Assembly (NCBI GenBank): GCA_012838705.1
Contig: DUOT01000137.1
Coordinates: 1-48,742 of the forward strand
Direction: 5' to 3'
Length of the DNA stretch: 48,742 bases
DNA from: Acholeplasmataceae bacterium
Lineage (GTDB): Bacteria > Bacillota_I > Bacilli_A > ML615J-28 > CAG-698
The notes under the pieces are model-generated. The model did no database searches, was not told where the DNA came from, and saw only the letters and a list, made by a program, of their open reading frames with translations. Within the stretch, counting starts at the first letter, position 1; each line of letters opens with the position of its first letter. Shown here one piece after another: positions 46,734-48,742 of this stretch. The position numbers and the translations under genes are program-made.

Positions 46734-48470
46734 ATGATTAAAAAATTTATTAGTTATTACAAACCACATTTAAAATTATTTATCTTTGATATGATATGTG
46801 CACTATTAATTGCTACTATCGATTTAATATTCCCGATATTTACAAAAAGAGCATTAGAGGATTTTGTAAATATAGATAAAATCAATTTATTATATATTTA
46901 TGGTGGAATCCTTCTTGTTCTTTTTGGTTTTAGATTTTTATTCGGATATTTTGTTGGATATTATGGGCATATGATGGGAATTAGAATTGAAACTGATATG
47001 CGTAGAGATTTATATAATAAATATCAAGAAATGGATTATCAGTTTTATGATGATAAAAAAACTGGAGAGTTAATGACAAATCTAACTACCCATCTTCATG
47101 ATGTTAGTGAAATGGCTCATCATGCTCCAGAAAATCTTTTCATCTCAACAATTATGATAATAGGTAGTTTTATAATCCTCTTAAGAATAAATGTATACTT
47201 AACATTAATTGTCTTTGTCTTTGTTACGTTAATGATTATTTATGCTCTAACAAGACGCAAAAGGATGATGGCAGGATTTCGTGCTACCCGTAATGCTCAA
47301 AGTGAATTAAATAGTATAACTGAAAGTAGTCTTGAAGGAATAAGATTAACAAAAGCATTTAATAATGAAAAATTAGAAAAAGAAAAGTTTTCAAAAACTA
47401 ATCACTTATATTACAGGGCAAGAACAAAAATATTTAAGGAATTAGGATTATTTCAAAGTGGTAATGACTTTTTCTTAAGTGTTGCTAATCTTGGTGTCTT
47501 AGTTTTTGGTGGAATATTTGTTGTGTTTGGAGACCGCTTTGGTGGCGGAATTTCATATATTGAACTAACAACATATTTCCTTTATATTAATTTTCTTACA
47601 AGACCAATTTCACGTCTAGTTAATTCAATTGAGCAAATCCAACAAGGGTTATCTGGAATTGAAAAATTTTATACTTTAATGCAAGTTAAACCTGAGATTG
47701 TAAGTAAGGAGAATGCAATTAGAGATCATGATTATCAAGGTGAAATTGAGTTTAAAAATGTAAGTTTTCATTATCAAGATAATGATGAATCATATGTTTT
47801 AAATAATTTTAATTTAAAAATAGAAAAAGGAAAGAAAGTTGCTTTAGTTGGTGAAACAGGTGTTGGTAAATCAACAATCTCAAAATTAATCCCTCGTTTT
47901 TATGATGTCATTGAAGGGGAGGTTTTAATTGATGGGATTAATGTGAAGGAGTATGAACTTAATAGCCTGCGTAGTGCTATTGGTCATGTCCAACAAGATG
48001 TATTTATTTTTTATGGGACGATAAAAGAAAACATATTATATGGTAAACCTAATGCAACAATGGAAGAAGTAATCGAAGCAAGTAAAAAAGCACGTATCCA
48101 TGATTTTGTCATTGAGCAAGAACAAGGTTATGATACAATTGTTGGGGAAAGAGGAATAAAATTAAGTGGTGGCCAAAAACAAAGAATTGCAATTGCAAGA
48201 CTATTTTTGAAAAACCCTAAGATTTTAATTCTTGATGAAGCAACATCATCACTTGATAATATTACTGAAAAATTAATTCAAGATTCTTTAGATGAATTAT
48301 CAAAAGGAAAAACAACAATTACAATTGCGCATAGACTATCTACAGTAAAAAATGCTGATGAAATAATTGTTTTAGGTAATGAAGGTATTATAGAAAGAGG
48401 TAATCATAAAGACTTAATAAAAGAAAATGGTTATTATGCTAATCTTTATCACGCTTCATTATCTATTTAA
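46734..48470 (+). CDS. ABC exporter half-transporter (MsbA/LmrA-like, probable homodimer)
   Basis: ATG at 46734, 8 nt after AAGGA (track TTG at 46725). Walker A GETGVGKST, signature LSGGQKQR, Walker B ILDEATSSLD, H-loop IAHRL. Confidence 0.9.
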   Translation: MIKKFISYYKPHLKLFIFDMICALLIATIDLIFPIFTKRALEDFVNIDKINLLYIYGGILLVLFGFRFLFGYFVGYYGHMMGIRIETDMRRDLYNKYQEMDYQFYDDKKTGELMTNLTTHLHDVSEMAHHAPENLFISTIMIIGSFIILLRINVYLTLIVFVFVTLMIIYALTRRKRMMAGFRATRNAQSELNSITESSLEGIRLTKAFNNEKLEKEKFSKTNHLYYRARTKIFKELGLFQSGNDFFLSVANLGVLVFGGIFVVFGDRFGGGISYIELTTYFLYINFLTRPISRLVNSIEQIQQGLSGIEKFYTLMQVKPEIVSKENAIRDHDYQGEIEFKNVSFHYQDNDESYVLNNFNLKIEKGKKVALVGETGVGKSTISKLIPRFYDVIEGEVLIDGINVKEYELNSLRSAIGHVQQDVFIFYGTIKENILYGKPNATMEEVIEASKKARIHDFVIEQEQGYDTIVGERGIKLSGGQKQRIAIARLFLKNPKILILDEATSSLDNITEKLIQDSLDELSKGKTTITIAHRLSTVKNADEIIVLGNEGIIERGNHKDLIKENGYYANLYHASLSI

Positions 48471-48497
48471 AAAAGGGCAAAAATCTTGCCCTTTTAA
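48471..48497. terminator. Bidirectional terminator
   Basis: AAGGGCA-aaaatct-TGCCCTT stem followed by TTTAAA. Confidence 0.7.
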
Positions 48498-48506
48498 ATT
48501 GTTTTT

Positions 48507-48698
48507 CTATTTTTTTTTGTAATAAATTTTTTTTATTTCCACTAAGGATATTATAAATCCTATTAATACTAATCCCCAAGGAGTATTATCTCTTACGATC
48601 ATAATAGCACCAAATGAAATAAGTATAAACCCAAGAATTCTAATTAATCTAAATAGTTCATTTATATCGTTTTTTTGGTTCTTTCGATTTTCGTTCAT
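48507..48698 (-). CDS. Small two-TM membrane protein, unknown function
   Basis: 63 aa from the ATG at 48698, 5 nt after GGAGGGG. The track start at 48710 is part of the RBS. Confidence 0.4.
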   Translation of the reverse strand: MNENRKNQKNDINELFRLIRILGFILISFGAIMIVRDNTPWGLVLIGFIISLVEIKKIYYKKK

Positions 48699-48742
48699 AA
48701 TCCCCTCCATTTATTAATTAAAATATAATATATTTTTAATAG

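Noticed and set aside
1-48742. I looked for mobile elements, CRISPR repeats, tRNA/rRNA genes, toxin-antitoxin pairs, restriction-modification or other defence genes, and TGA-as-Trp recoding.
   Set aside because: I found no transposase, integrase or recombinase motifs, no regularly spaced direct repeats and no cloverleaf-like GC-rich islands. I also saw no nuclease, methylase or large ATPase signatures beyond ABC, ParA and AccC. TGA clearly terminates well-conserved genes (for example accA and the 18055 lipoprotein gene) and Trp is encoded by TGG.

Overview
The window is very AT-rich and uses the standard genetic code: TGG encodes Trp, and TGA/TAA/TAG all act as stops. It looks like chromosomal DNA from a low-GC Firmicute or a cell-wall-less relative; I cannot place it more precisely by eye. 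The content is mostly core metabolism. I saw no rRNA, tRNA, CRISPR array, transposase, integrase or phage gene.

Landmarks, in order:
1. A cluster of secreted proteins and lipoproteins of unknown function (185-4330).
2. Small detox-like genes, a nucleobase permease and an ArsB/NhaD-type permease (4498-8910).
3. An SdpI-like gene, a DUF2935 gene and msrA.
4. A DegV/FakB-like gene followed by nfnAB-like oxidoreductase genes.
5. A PadR regulator gene paired with a membrane-protein gene.
6. A three-gene minus-strand unit encoding a small membrane protein, a membrane-anchored GNAT and an extracytoplasmic thioredoxin-like lipoprotein.
7. A 14-gene, 10.7-kb minus-strand lipid operon: degV-acpP-accBCDA-fabT-fabHKDGFZ-bioY (19166-29867).
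8. A zinc-ribbon membrane protein gene with vanZ-like, then pepF and an SDR gene.
9. A c-di-AMP (ydaO-class) riboswitch controlling a CPA2 antiporter gene and a P-II-like gene.
10. A stand-alone alpha-oxoamine synthase gene.
11. Origin-type synteny: mnmG, rsmG (internally deleted), parA (no parB), mscS, DUF951 and DUF554.
12. A GyrI-like gene followed by a translationally coupled ABC-ABC-hydrolase-ABC operon.

I did not find an obvious novel multi-gene system such as a defence island. The observations most worth following up are:
- the c-di-AMP riboswitch / RCK-less antiporter / P-II-like module;
- the duplicated promoter plus double FabT-type operator in front of both DegV paralogues;
- the rsmG internal deletion;
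- the SPT-like alpha-oxoamine synthase.

Several ORF-track starts are artefactual N-terminal extensions that begin inside promoter or RBS sequence. I corrected these using Shine-Dalgarno spacing.
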